A stretch of 64,000 nt of DNA from Bacilli bacterium (GCA_017441065.1 JAFSAI010000016.1:17599-81598), one strand, 5' to 3'; positions 26,532 to 35,417 are shown, counted from the stretch's first letter. The notes: a model not told the origin generated them from the sequence alone. Translations and numbers: made by a program.

Positions 26532-27704
26532 TCAATCTGAAAATTTATCATTTTGCATATATCGCCAATGAAAACCACCACATCTATAATTTCCATTTAC
26601 AGAAGCTATTATACTACAAGGTTTCTTATTAACAAATTCTGCTGCAGATTTAACTGATTCAAAAGTTTTATTTAACTCTACACAAAAAACCTTTTTATAC
26701 GCTTTAGTATATCTGCATTTTGGGCAACCGCATCTATCTTTACCTGTTCTTGATGCCACAACTGAAGAATATGAATTTTTGCACTTAGGACAAATCCACC
26801 ATGTTTTTTTGCCAGTATGTGCTGATATTTTATCCGGTGTTAACGGATAATTTTTTTCATAATCCCATTCCTTTGAAATTTCAGGATATAAATAATCTAA
26901 AGAATTAAAACCTATTGTAGAAAGGACTTTCCTACATATATCAGCATTATCCCTATTACAATCGACATCAATATTCATATTACAACCATATTCATTATTT
27001 AAAATTTCAATAATTTGATTTATTGGTTCACTCATATGCGTTCCATTTGTAGTCGGCTTAGGAGTTATAATACAATGATGAGAACTTTCCATTATAGGAC
27101 ATCTTGGTTCCCTTATACGAATTATTGTAATTCCGTTCTTTAAACAAATATTATTTTTAAAATTATCTTTTGCTACGTCTTTATGCCATCTATAACCGTC
27201 ATATTCTATACCCAAATTTAAGGATGGAATAAATATATCTATTTCTTTTCCGTCTAAAAAATCAGGTCGATATTGTTCTTGTATATCTTCAAAATATTTT
27301 GATAAATAATAGAAAATCATTTTTTCGGGAATTGATACTCGAGACATACAAATTCCACAACTTAATGATTTATAAGCTTTTAAATTGCTTTCCAATATCA
27401 CTTTAGTTCTTCCACAAAGACATTCACAGAGCCATTGTTTTTCATGCGCTTGAGATTTTGGCTTAATATAATCATGTGCTTGTTCCTTAACGGTTAAATA
27501 ACCAAATACGTTCCCAATTTTTATTGGTTTTACATGCTTGCATCCATCTCTCCCAAGGCGTTGATTTTTATGAAACCAATCTGTTGTAATTTCAACTTCA
27601 TTTTCGCAAACTTGGCAAATACAGCGCCATTTACTATTACCAATATATTCTTTAGCTATAAGCGTGCCTGATATTTGACCTGTCAATTCTTGCAAACTTC
27701 CCAT
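26532..27704 (-). CDS. Zinc-ribbon-rich protein with a central Vsr/DUF559-like PD-(D/E)XK nuclease core and a phage-type C-terminal DNA-binding tail
   Basis: Repeated W.C.C..C../SCGIC ribbons. EIDIFIPSLNLGIEYDGYRWH resembles the PD-(D/E)XK Vsr/DUF559 core. YPEISKEWDYEKN..WWICPKCKNSY is a DUF4379-type ribbon. The C-terminal FESVKSAAEFV..GGFHWRY is common in homing-endonuclease-like phage proteins. Start at the ATG after GGAGG (MGSLQ..). Confidence 0.6.
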   Translation of the reverse strand: MGSLQELTGQISGTLIAKEYIGNSKWRCICQVCENEVEITTDWFHKNQRLGRDGCKHVKPIKIGNVFGYLTVKEQAHDYIKPKSQAHEKQWLCECLCGRTKVILESNLKAYKSLSCGICMSRVSIPEKMIFYYLSKYFEDIQEQYRPDFLDGKEIDIFIPSLNLGIEYDGYRWHKDVAKDNFKNNICLKNGITIIRIREPRCPIMESSHHCIITPKPTTNGTHMSEPINQIIEILNNEYGCNMNIDVDCNRDNADICRKVLSTIGFNSLDYLYPEISKEWDYEKNYPLTPDKISAHTGKKTWWICPKCKNSYSSVVASRTGKDRCGCPKCRYTKAYKKVFCVELNKTFESVKSAAEFVNKKPCSIIASVNGNYRCGGFHWRYMQNDKFSD

Positions 27705-27722
27705 AATATTAACCTCCAACAA

Positions 27723-27890
27723 TTTATATTATATCATAAATTCATCGAAAAATAGAACGCGAGAACGACTAGCTTTTAGGTTTTATAATGGTTTGATTAA
27801 CATTGTGTATGCTGTGTGTCATCTTCAGGACAAAATTAGCTTATTTTTCATAATTTAGACAAGCAAAAAAGCCCGTAAATACGGACTTTT
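27723..27890 (-). repeat. Terminator-core-promoter junction module, copy 1 (directly after rpsI)
   Basis: Terminator 27863-27890, core TGTATGCTGTGTGT 27806-27819, AGAACGCGAGAAC 27754-27766, -10 TGATATAAT (27728-27736), then GGAGG RBS. Confidence 0.8.
27863..27890 (-). terminator. Rho-independent terminator of rplM-rpsI
   Basis: Minus strand: AAAAGTCCGTA-ttt-ACGGGCTTTTTTGC, 45 nt after the rpsI stop. Confidence 0.75.
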
Positions 27891-27934
27891 CGAAACATTG
27901 AAATACGTAATATTGTACCAATATTGGTAATTTT

Positions 27935-28354
27935 TTAACGTTTTGAGAATTGTGGAGCACGACGTGCTTTCTTTAAACCATACTTTTTACGTTCTTTAAC
28001 TCTTGGATCTCTTGTAACGAAACCAGCAGTTTTAAGAATATGTCTATAACTATCTTCTCTAGTTTGATCTGTATTTGCATCAAATTCAAGTAAAGCTCTA
28101 GTAATAGCTAATCTTATAGCACCAGTTTGTCCTGAGAAACCACCACCGTTAACTTTAACTTCGATATCGAATCTATTTTCATTATCAGTTGCTACTAATG
28201 GTTGTTTTAAATCCATTACTAATGTAGCATAAGGCATATATTCATCAACATCAATACCATTAACAGTAATTTTACCAGTACCACCAACTAATTTAACTTG
28301 TGCTACTGATCTTTTTCTTCTACCTGTTGCAGTCCAAATTTGTTTACTTGCCAT
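27935..28354 (-). CDS. rpsI: 30S ribosomal protein S9
   Basis: [10 protein letters not shown].., ..[26 protein letters not shown]-terminus. Confidence 0.97.
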   Translation of the reverse strand: MASKQIWTATGRRKRSVAQVKLVGGTGKITVNGIDVDEYMPYATLVMDLKQPLVATDNENRFDIEVKVNGGGFSGQTGAIRLAITRALLEFDANTDQTREDSYRHILKTAGFVTRDPRVKERKKYGLKKARRAPQFSKR

Positions 28355-28362
28355 AAGTCCTC

Positions 28363-28794
28363 CTAATCAATATCCATAGCTACTGGTTTTTGAGCTTCAT
28401 GTTTATGTTCACTACCAGCATAAACAAATAACTTTTTACCCATAGCTCTACCTAATCTATTATGTGGAAGCATACCCTTAACAGCTCTTTCAAGCATTTC
28501 TTCAGGATATTTTTCAATCATAACTTCAGCAGTTCTTTCTCTTAATCCTCCTGGAAATCCAGAGTGATTATAGTATTTTTTGTCTTGTAACTTATTACCA
28601 GTTAACGCAACTTCTTTAGCATTGATAATAATTACATTGTCACCACAATCAATGTGTGGAGTATAAGTTGGTTTATGTTTTCCACGTAAAATGTGTGCTG
28701 CTTTTGTTGCAACTCTACCTAATGGTTTACCAGCTGCATCAATAACATACCAGTTTCTTTCAACTGTTTCTTTTGTTTGCATAAATGTTTTCAT
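28363..28794 (-). CDS. rplM: 50S ribosomal protein L13
   Basis: [33 protein letters not shown].. matches canonical L13. Confidence 0.97.
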   Translation of the reverse strand: MKTFMQTKETVERNWYVIDAAGKPLGRVATKAAHILRGKHKPTYTPHIDCGDNVIIINAKEVALTGNKLQDKKYYNHSGFPGGLRERTAEVMIEKYPEEMLERAVKGMLPHNRLGRAMGKKLFVYAGSEHKHEAQKPVAMDID

Positions 28795-28873
28795 ATTTTT
28801 TCCCTTTCATTATGTCCTCTACCAAACTTTCCCAGGGTTCAATAAATTCCATAAATAAAATGTACCATTTAAA

Positions 28874-28902
28874 ATTATATGTAAAAAAGCCTAATTTGTC
28901 AA
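28874..28902 (-). promoter_or_regulatory. rplM-rpsI promoter (TTGACA-17-TATAAT)
   Basis: Minus strand: TTGACA (28897-28902), 17-nt spacer, TATAAT (28874-28879). An ~75-nt leader follows before the RBS; it may correspond to an L13 autoregulatory leader, which I could not verify. Confidence 0.6.
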
Positions 28903-28926
28903 TTAAAATCGCACTTTCACATCTAT

Positions 28927-29634
28927 TTAATAATTAATTTTCAATAAATAAAGTCCATTTGGACTACTAGTAGGTAATCTCTTATCAATTTCAGGATGTT
29001 TTAGCATATTTTCAATAGTTTTTTTAGATGCTTTTCCTTTACCAACTTCAAGTAATGCCCCAACCAAATTTCTAACCATATATCTATAAAAACCAATACC
29101 CTTAAATTTAAAATATAGAATATTATTAAATTTATATATTTTTATATCTAATATTGTACCAATATAATCTAATCTTTCTCCTGCTACAAAATTTTTAAAA
29201 TCATGCGTTCCTAAAAACAAACTACTTACTTTTTTCATTTCTTTAATATCTAGATTATTTCTTACTTTTAAATAATAATTTTCATCTTTATTATTTGATA
29301 AATCCACCTTATATAAATAAGTTTTATTTTTAACACTATGTCTAGCATGAAAATCTTCATTTACTTTTTTTATCTTTTTAATTTTCAAGTCTTCTAAAAC
29401 ACTATTAAGTGATTTTTTTAAATTAGAGACATCTTTACTAGTTTCAAAGTGAACAACTTGATATAATGCATGAACTCCACGATCAGTTCTACCTGCGCCT
29501 TTAACAATTATTTCTTCATTTAATATTTTACTTAATTCATCTTCAAGATATCCTTGAACATTTCTAACATTTTTTTGTCTTTGAAATCCATGAAATTTAG
29601 AACCATCATAACTTATAACCATCATATATTTCAT
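28927..29634 (-). CDS. truA: tRNA pseudouridine(38-40) synthase
   Basis: ISYDGSKFHGFQRQ, catalytic GAGRTDRGVHA, and C-terminal PNGLYL. Confidence 0.93.
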   Translation of the reverse strand: MKYMMVISYDGSKFHGFQRQKNVRNVQGYLEDELSKILNEEIIVKGAGRTDRGVHALYQVVHFETSKDVSNLKKSLNSVLEDLKIKKIKKVNEDFHARHSVKNKTYLYKVDLSNNKDENYYLKVRNNLDIKEMKKVSSLFLGTHDFKNFVAGERLDYIGTILDIKIYKFNNILYFKFKGIGFYRYMVRNLVGALLEVGKGKASKKTIENMLKHPEIDKRLPTSSPNGLYLLKINY

Positions 29635-30197
29635 TATGACACTCTCCTATAAATATCTTTAAGTAATTCATATATTTCTAGAGTTTTATCTACCCTTATT
29701 TTATCTTTATTAACATAAGCAATAAACTCTATTATCTTAGGCATCATAACATATTCATACAATTTCTCATCAAATAAATCACTTGTTTCAAAAATAATAT
29801 CTTTATCTTTTATAACTACTACTTTATTTGCTACATTTATGAAAGAATTAACATTATTATCAATAATAACTATTTTCTTATGATAATCATTACTTAACTT
29901 AATAAATAGTTTCTTCATATATTCTCTATCTTTATAAATTAATGAATCATACATATTACCAACAATAATTACATCTTTATCAAGTTTAGTTAATAATTCA
30001 ATTTTCCATAATTCGCTTATAGTTAAATTATCATAATCATATTCTAAGTATGTATCATCAAGTCCGACCATTTTTAATGCTTTACTAATATTTTTAACTT
30101 CTAACGCACTTACTTTTCCATTAAATCGAAAGTTACTCTTATATTTACTAGCAACTCCAATTATATTATTATCTTTAAGAATATTTTTTATTTCCAT
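29634..30197 (-). CDS. Degenerate ABC-ATPase-like protein (EcfA-like, catalytic motifs lost)
   Basis: 187 aa, collinear with an ECF/ABC ATPase. Walker A is degraded (IIGVASKYKSNF), the signature is degraded (LTISELWKIELL) and Walker B is degraded (DVIIVGNMYDSL). It occupies the canonical ecfA position upstream of truA. Confidence 0.5.
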   Translation of the reverse strand: MEIKNILKDNNIIGVASKYKSNFRFNGKVSALEVKNISKALKMVGLDDTYLEYDYDNLTISELWKIELLTKLDKDVIIVGNMYDSLIYKDREYMKKLFIKLSNDYHKKIVIIDNNVNSFINVANKVVVIKDKDIIFETSDLFDEKLYEYVMMPKIIEFIAYVNKDKIRVDKTLEIYELLKDIYRRVS

Positions 30198-30640
30198 AAT
30201 TTATCAGCAAGACTTTCTTTATCTATATAAATATCATCAACTAAATTATAATCTTTTAATAATAAGGATAATTCTACTATAAATGGCAAATTAAGACCTA
30301 AACGTTTAAATAATTTTTCATTTTTTAATACTTCTAAAGTAGAACCTTCCATAAGAATCTTAGATTTATCATACACAATTAAGTAATCTGTATATAAACA
30401 TAACTCAACATCATTAGTAACATTAATAAACAAGATATTGTTATCTTTTAAATATTTAAACAATTTTTTTAATTCTTTTTCGCTTAAATTATTCAAGATA
30501 TTAAAAAACACTACTTTCTTCTTCTCATGAATTTCTTCATAAGAAAAATCACCATCAATAACATGATAATCTTCATATTTATTTAATATTTTCTTATTCA
30601 AATTAGTACTTATAATGGTAACGTTTGTTATTTTATCCAT
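30188..30640 (-). CDS. Truncated/degenerate EcfA-like protein (C-terminal half only)
   Basis: 150 aa. ILFINVTNDVELCLYTDYLIVYDKSKILMEGSTLEVL..LGLNLPFIVELSLLLKDYNL matches the H-loop-to-C-terminal helix region of EcfA. There is no Walker A or B. Confidence 0.5.
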   Translation of the reverse strand: MDKITNVTIISTNLNKKILNKYEDYHVIDGDFSYEEIHEKKKVVFFNILNNLSEKELKKLFKYLKDNNILFINVTNDVELCLYTDYLIVYDKSKILMEGSTLEVLKNEKLFKRLGLNLPFIVELSLLLKDYNLVDDIYIDKESLADKLWK

Positions 30641-30645
30641 ATTAT

Positions 30646-31551
30646 CTACTTCTTTTCTATATTTAAATGATTTTCTTTTATTTTTCTAAGCTTAATAAAA
30701 TGGTGATTTATACCTGATTTACCAACTTTATAATCTGTTTCTAAACTAATAATATCTGCTAGTTCTTGATAAGATGATTCTGGATATTTTTTACGATATT
30801 CAATAACAATTTGCATTTTTTCATCTATAAGAGTTAATAAATCATTTTCTTCTAAATATTTAATATCCTCTACTTGGCTTAAACCACTTTTTATTGTTTT
30901 TTCTTGATTAGCTATCTCACAATTATTTAATCTATTAACCATATTTTTATGATCTCTATATATTCTAGTATCTTCAAATTCAAATAAAGAATTTATTGCT
31001 TTAAACATCTTTATTAAATCACTAATACTTTCACTCATTTTTATATATGCAATAAACTTGTAACCTCTTTTTATTACTTTAGCATTTAATCTAAAATAAT
31101 TTAGTAAATTAGCAATATATTCAGCATCACTTTCTTCATCTAAAATATATTCTAAATGATAACCACTAGTCTTAGGATTAGATACATTACCAACTCCAAG
31201 AAAAGCTCCTTTCAAATAAGCAATTTTTTCTTCATCACTATCTATTAATGGTTCTTTATCAATATTTAACAATTCCTTTATATATTCTACTTTTTCATTT
31301 ATTTCTAAAATATATATTTGCTTTACTCTAAATCTTTTTTGAATACGAATAGTTATTTTTGCTGAAATACCAAATGTTTCTTTAATTAATTTGTAAACAA
31401 ATCTTGTAACTGAAGCATTTTCTAAAGTTATAGTAATATTATCTCTAATTAAAGAATTATATCTTAAAAAAGCATCAATAACACTTCTTCTTTCAATTTC
31501 ATTATTATCTAATTTACTAATTTCTTCTTTTATTCTTGTAGTAAATGTCAT
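30646..31551 (-). CDS. whiA: DNA-binding protein WhiA
   Basis: MTFTTRIKEEISK.., a degenerate LAGLIDADG-like core, and a C-terminal HTH (SYQELADIISLETDYKVGKSGINHHFIKLR). Confidence 0.92.
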   Translation of the reverse strand: MTFTTRIKEEISKLDNNEIERRSVIDAFLRYNSLIRDNITITLENASVTRFVYKLIKETFGISAKITIRIQKRFRVKQIYILEINEKVEYIKELLNIDKEPLIDSDEEKIAYLKGAFLGVGNVSNPKTSGYHLEYILDEESDAEYIANLLNYFRLNAKVIKRGYKFIAYIKMSESISDLIKMFKAINSLFEFEDTRIYRDHKNMVNRLNNCEIANQEKTIKSGLSQVEDIKYLEENDLLTLIDEKMQIVIEYRKKYPESSYQELADIISLETDYKVGKSGINHHFIKLRKIKENHLNIEKK

Positions 31552-32501
31552 TTTATGCCATCCATTAAGTATGAGAATATTACATAAGCTGTCTTTAATT
31601 CATCATGTCTATAATAATTTTCTTCTATCTTATATAATTTATCTGCTATTACTTTTTTATTCATTTTTTCTAAATTATCTAAATCTAATATTACTTGATC
31701 TTTTTGCTCTTCAGTTTCATATTTTTTTACTAATGCTGAATTCATTTTTGTGTTATTTGCTACTACTATATCTATAGAATTTTTCCCTAAATATTCTTCT
31801 AACAATTCTATATGATTACTTACAGTATAGTCATCTGTTTCTCCCGGTTGAGTAAATAGATTACATACATACATAGTTCTTGCTTTACTATTCTTTATTG
31901 CATTATTTAATTTACTATCAAGTAAATGAGGAATAATACTTGTAATTAAACTACCTGATGAAAATATTATTAAATCTGCTTTTTTTACTGCATCAATTAC
32001 TTTTGGATTAACTGTTATTTCATCTGAATAACATATTCTTTCAATATGCTTCTTAGTTTTAGTAATTTGTTCTTCACCAATTAATCTTTTTCCTTCACTC
32101 GTAATACCTACTAAATCAACATTATCCTCAGTTAAAGGAAGCACATTTCCTTTAATGTCTAATAACTTAACTAAGATAGGTAAAGAAGATGCAAAATCTC
32201 CTTTTAAATCCAAAAGAGCAGTCAATAATAAATTCTTAATTGAATGATTTCCTAATGTTTTTGATTTAGTAAATCTATAATTCATTAAATCCTTTATTTC
32301 ATTGCTACATTCACTCATTGATAATAATACTTTAGTAATATCACCAACTGCAGGAATATTATAATCTTTACGTAATCTTCCTGTACTTCTCCCATTATCT
32401 GAAACAGACACTACTGCTGTTACATCTATAGGAAATAATTTTAAACCTTTTAATAGTTGAGATAGTCCACTACCTCCACCAAATATTACAATCTTTTTCA
32501 T
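31548..32501 (-). CDS. yvcK: YvcK-family gluconeogenesis factor (CofD-like)
   Basis: KIVIFGGGSGLSQLLKGLK.., AVVSVSDNGRSTGRLR, PAVGDI. Confidence 0.88.
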   Translation of the reverse strand: MKKIVIFGGGSGLSQLLKGLKLFPIDVTAVVSVSDNGRSTGRLRKDYNIPAVGDITKVLLSMSECSNEIKDLMNYRFTKSKTLGNHSIKNLLLTALLDLKGDFASSLPILVKLLDIKGNVLPLTEDNVDLVGITSEGKRLIGEEQITKTKKHIERICYSDEITVNPKVIDAVKKADLIIFSSGSLITSIIPHLLDSKLNNAIKNSKARTMYVCNLFTQPGETDDYTVSNHIELLEEYLGKNSIDIVVANNTKMNSALVKKYETEEQKDQVILDLDNLEKMNKKVIADKLYKIEENYYRHDELKTAYVIFSYLMDGIK

Positions 32502-32565
32502 AATTAATCACATCTAATATTTTATCACAAATAATAAAACTAGCAAAGTAATTGCTAGTTTGTTG

Positions 32566-33801
32566 TTATCTACTATAGAACCAACCATTTTTATTTGGAA
32601 ATCCTGGTGGATTAATATAATTTGCAGTAAACTTAGAATATGTTTGTGTTTTATCTGCTGTATAATGATTATTTTTAGAAACACCATAATGTAAATGGGC
32701 TCCAGTTGAACAAGATTCCCAACTTTTAGTTTTTTTACCTCCACCAACAGTACCAATTACTGTCGATGTTGTTACTTGTTGTCCTTCTTTAACGTTAATA
32801 TCTAATAAATGCATAAATACAACTGTATATTTAACATTTTGGATAGTTACCCACAAATAAACCATTTTTCCACCACATCTTGGAGATTTAACCCCATTTT
32901 GACCAGGAATACTAACTATTGCAACAACTCCAGTTGCTGGAGCATAGATTTTAGTACCTTCCCCATTACCACCAATATCTATACCATTATGAAATCTTTT
33001 ATCTCCATAAACAGGATGAATACGATATCCAAAAGCGCTAGTTATAACGCCTCTATTTAATGGTTTTGTCCAACCAGCATTATTCCCAACTTTTATACAT
33101 GTACTTAGTTTATCAGCATCTTTACAACCCATATTTTCATACATTTTAATAGTTGATTTCATTTCTGCTATTTCTTCGTCAATATCTTTAGCACCTTCTT
33201 GAATATCAATTAAACTTGTTTTTAAATCACTAATTTTTTCTTCATATTCAACCATTTTTTTTGCTAAATCATCCTGATATTTGACTAATTTTTTACTCAT
33301 TTTTTCATTACTAGAAATCATCAGTTCTAAGCTATTTAATTTTTTTTCATTATTTTCTGTTATTTTATTAATATCGTTCATACGAATTACTAATTCAGTC
33401 ATAGTTTTAGATCCTGATAAATATGAAGCATATATATTTTCATTTTCTAATTTTTGCATTAATTTTAATATCTCTGCAGTATCCTTCTTTATTTTAACTA
33501 TTTCTTCATTAGTGTTTGTAATTTGTTTTTCTAATTCAGTTACTTCATTTTTGGCATCTTCAATCTCTTTGCCTGCTTCTGCATACTTATTATAATTACT
33601 ATTTATTTGAGATTGTGTTAATTTTTCTTTTTCTTTTTGTGCTTTAGCATCTGCTTCCAATTTTTTTAATGCTTTTTTATAATCTCCCAAAGTTTCTTCT
33701 TCATTAATCGTTATAGCATTAACAGGAATAATTGCAACATATTCAAAAACTACCATTATTAGAAGTAATATTTTTACGGCATTTAATACTATCTTTTTCA
33801 T
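32566..33801 (-). CDS. Coiled-coil M23 metallopeptidase (EnvC/PcsB-like partner of FtsEX)
   Basis: Signal peptide, ~200-aa coiled coil, and C-terminal M23 motifs HNGIDIG..HLHYGV. Its start overlaps the ftsX stop. Confidence 0.85.
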   Translation of the reverse strand: MKKIVLNAVKILLLIMVVFEYVAIIPVNAITINEEETLGDYKKALKKLEADAKAQKEKEKLTQSQINSNYNKYAEAGKEIEDAKNEVTELEKQITNTNEEIVKIKKDTAEILKLMQKLENENIYASYLSGSKTMTELVIRMNDINKITENNEKKLNSLELMISSNEKMSKKLVKYQDDLAKKMVEYEEKISDLKTSLIDIQEGAKDIDEEIAEMKSTIKMYENMGCKDADKLSTCIKVGNNAGWTKPLNRGVITSAFGYRIHPVYGDKRFHNGIDIGGNGEGTKIYAPATGVVAIVSIPGQNGVKSPRCGGKMVYLWVTIQNVKYTVVFMHLLDINVKEGQQVTTSTVIGTVGGGKKTKSWESCSTGAHLHYGVSKNNHYTADKTQTYSKFTANYINPPGFPNKNGWFYSR

Positions 33802-34691
33802 ATTTTCAAATACTTTCTTACAGCATTTAAGCTTCCAAACATACCAATTATAGCTCCTAGTAAAAGTATTATAATTCCTACATCAAAAACAAAATTATAT
33901 GGATTAATTAAATTTACTATATTACTTATTATGTGTCCACCCATTTTTTCATATATAATAATATAACCATATATTATTATAATTATAGGAATAAAGGAAC
34001 CTAATATACCAATTATAAAACCTTCAAATACAAATGGTAGTTTAATTGCCATATTACTAGCTCCAACTAAACGCATTATTTCTATTTCACTTCTTCTTGC
34101 ATATATAGCTAATTTAATTGTATTTGTAATTAAGAATGCTGTGACAAAGACAAGAGCTATTACTACAATAATAGTAACTTTTTCTATAAAACTAAAAGCT
34201 TCTACAATGGTATCAACTGAATTTTCACCATATAAAGCGCTTTCTACGTTATCCATCACTTTTATCTCTTCTGCAATACTATTTAATTTTTCAGCATCAT
34301 CTACTGTTATTATAAATGTGTTTAATAAAGGACTATCCTCATAACTTTCAAAAATTGTTGCATATGATGAGGAATATTCACTCATTTCCAATTCTCTTTC
34401 TTCATTACTCTTATATATTACTTCTTCTACACCTTTTATTGCTTTTATTTTTGATTCCAAAAAACTAATGTCATCTTCTTTTGCACTCTCTTCTAAATAT
34501 ACTACTATACTTAATTCGCTTTCTAAATCTTTAGTAATACTATTAACATTACCAGCAATTAGTAATGATATAGCTACAACCATAAGTGTTATAGTGGCAC
34601 ATAGTATAGATGCCATACTTAAACTAAAATTACGAAATACGCTTTTAAAAGCGTCTCGTATACTTCTAAAAAAAATTCTAAACGCTTTCAT
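33798..34691 (-). CDS. ftsX: Cell-division ABC transporter permease FtsX
   Basis: 297 aa with 4 TM helices and a large extracellular loop after TM1; RRSEIEIMRLVGA motif. Confidence 0.88.
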   Translation of the reverse strand: MKAFRIFFRSIRDAFKSVFRNFSLSMASILCATITLMVVAISLLIAGNVNSITKDLESELSIVVYLEESAKEDDISFLESKIKAIKGVEEVIYKSNEERELEMSEYSSSYATIFESYEDSPLLNTFIITVDDAEKLNSIAEEIKVMDNVESALYGENSVDTIVEAFSFIEKVTIIVVIALVFVTAFLITNTIKLAIYARRSEIEIMRLVGASNMAIKLPFVFEGFIIGILGSFIPIIIIIYGYIIIYEKMGGHIISNIVNLINPYNFVFDVGIIILLLGAIIGMFGSLNAVRKYLKI

Positions 34692-35379
34692 GTGACTTGT
34701 AACTTCCTTTCAAGTAATCTCCAGTTAATACGCCATGTTCAATAAGTAATACTCTCTTTTTCATCCTATTAACTATATCTTTATCATGAGTAGCCATAAT
34801 AACTGTAGTTCCTAAATCTTTATTAATACTATCAATTACTTTCATAATTTCTTTACTAGTTTCAGGGTCTAAATTTCCAGTAGGTTCATCACAAATTAAA
34901 AGTTTTGGTTCATTAACTATAGCTCTTGCTATACAAACTCTTTGTTGTTCTCCACCTGATAATTGATGAGGGAAACTTCTAACCTTCTCTTTTAACCCAA
35001 CTATCTCAATTGCTTTCATTACTTTAGGTCTTATTTCTTTTTCTTTCATACCTAAGCATTCTAAGGCAAAAGCAACATTTTCATATACTGTAAGTTTAGG
35101 TAATAATTTAAAGTCTTGAAATACTACCCCAATCTTTCTTCTTAATTTATAAACACGGCCATTGCGTAGTTTAGCTACATTAACGCCACCAACTACTACG
35201 CTTCCTTTTGTAGGTTTTTCTTCTCTATACAACATTTTTATAAATGTTGATTTTCCACTAGCAGTATGACCTATTACAAAGACAAATTCGCCTTTATCAA
35301 TAACAACTGACATATCTGCAAGTGCAGTAACACCAGTTGAATAAGTTTTATTTACATTTTTTAATTCAATAAACTTCAT
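34678..35379 (-). CDS. ftsE: Cell-division ATP-binding protein FtsE
   Basis: Walker A GHTASGKST, LSGGEQQRVCIARA, LLICDEPTGNLD. Confidence 0.92.
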   Translation of the reverse strand: MKFIELKNVNKTYSTGVTALADMSVVIDKGEFVFVIGHTASGKSTFIKMLYREEKPTKGSVVVGGVNVAKLRNGRVYKLRRKIGVVFQDFKLLPKLTVYENVAFALECLGMKEKEIRPKVMKAIEIVGLKEKVRSFPHQLSGGEQQRVCIARAIVNEPKLLICDEPTGNLDPETSKEIMKVIDSINKDLGTTVIMATHDKDIVNRMKKRVLLIEHGVLTGDYLKGSYKSHESV

Positions 35380-35417
35380 ATCATATACTCCTACTTAATT
35401 ATATCAAAAAAAAACCA

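Noticed and set aside
18991-27955. Classical integron or CRISPR-like array explanation for the repeated junctions
   Set aside because: There is no intI-like gene and no attC-type imperfect palindromes with GTTRRRY ends. Cassettes carry their own promoters. The repeats are about 100-230 nt with variable content and irregular spacing, and there are no short regular spacers.
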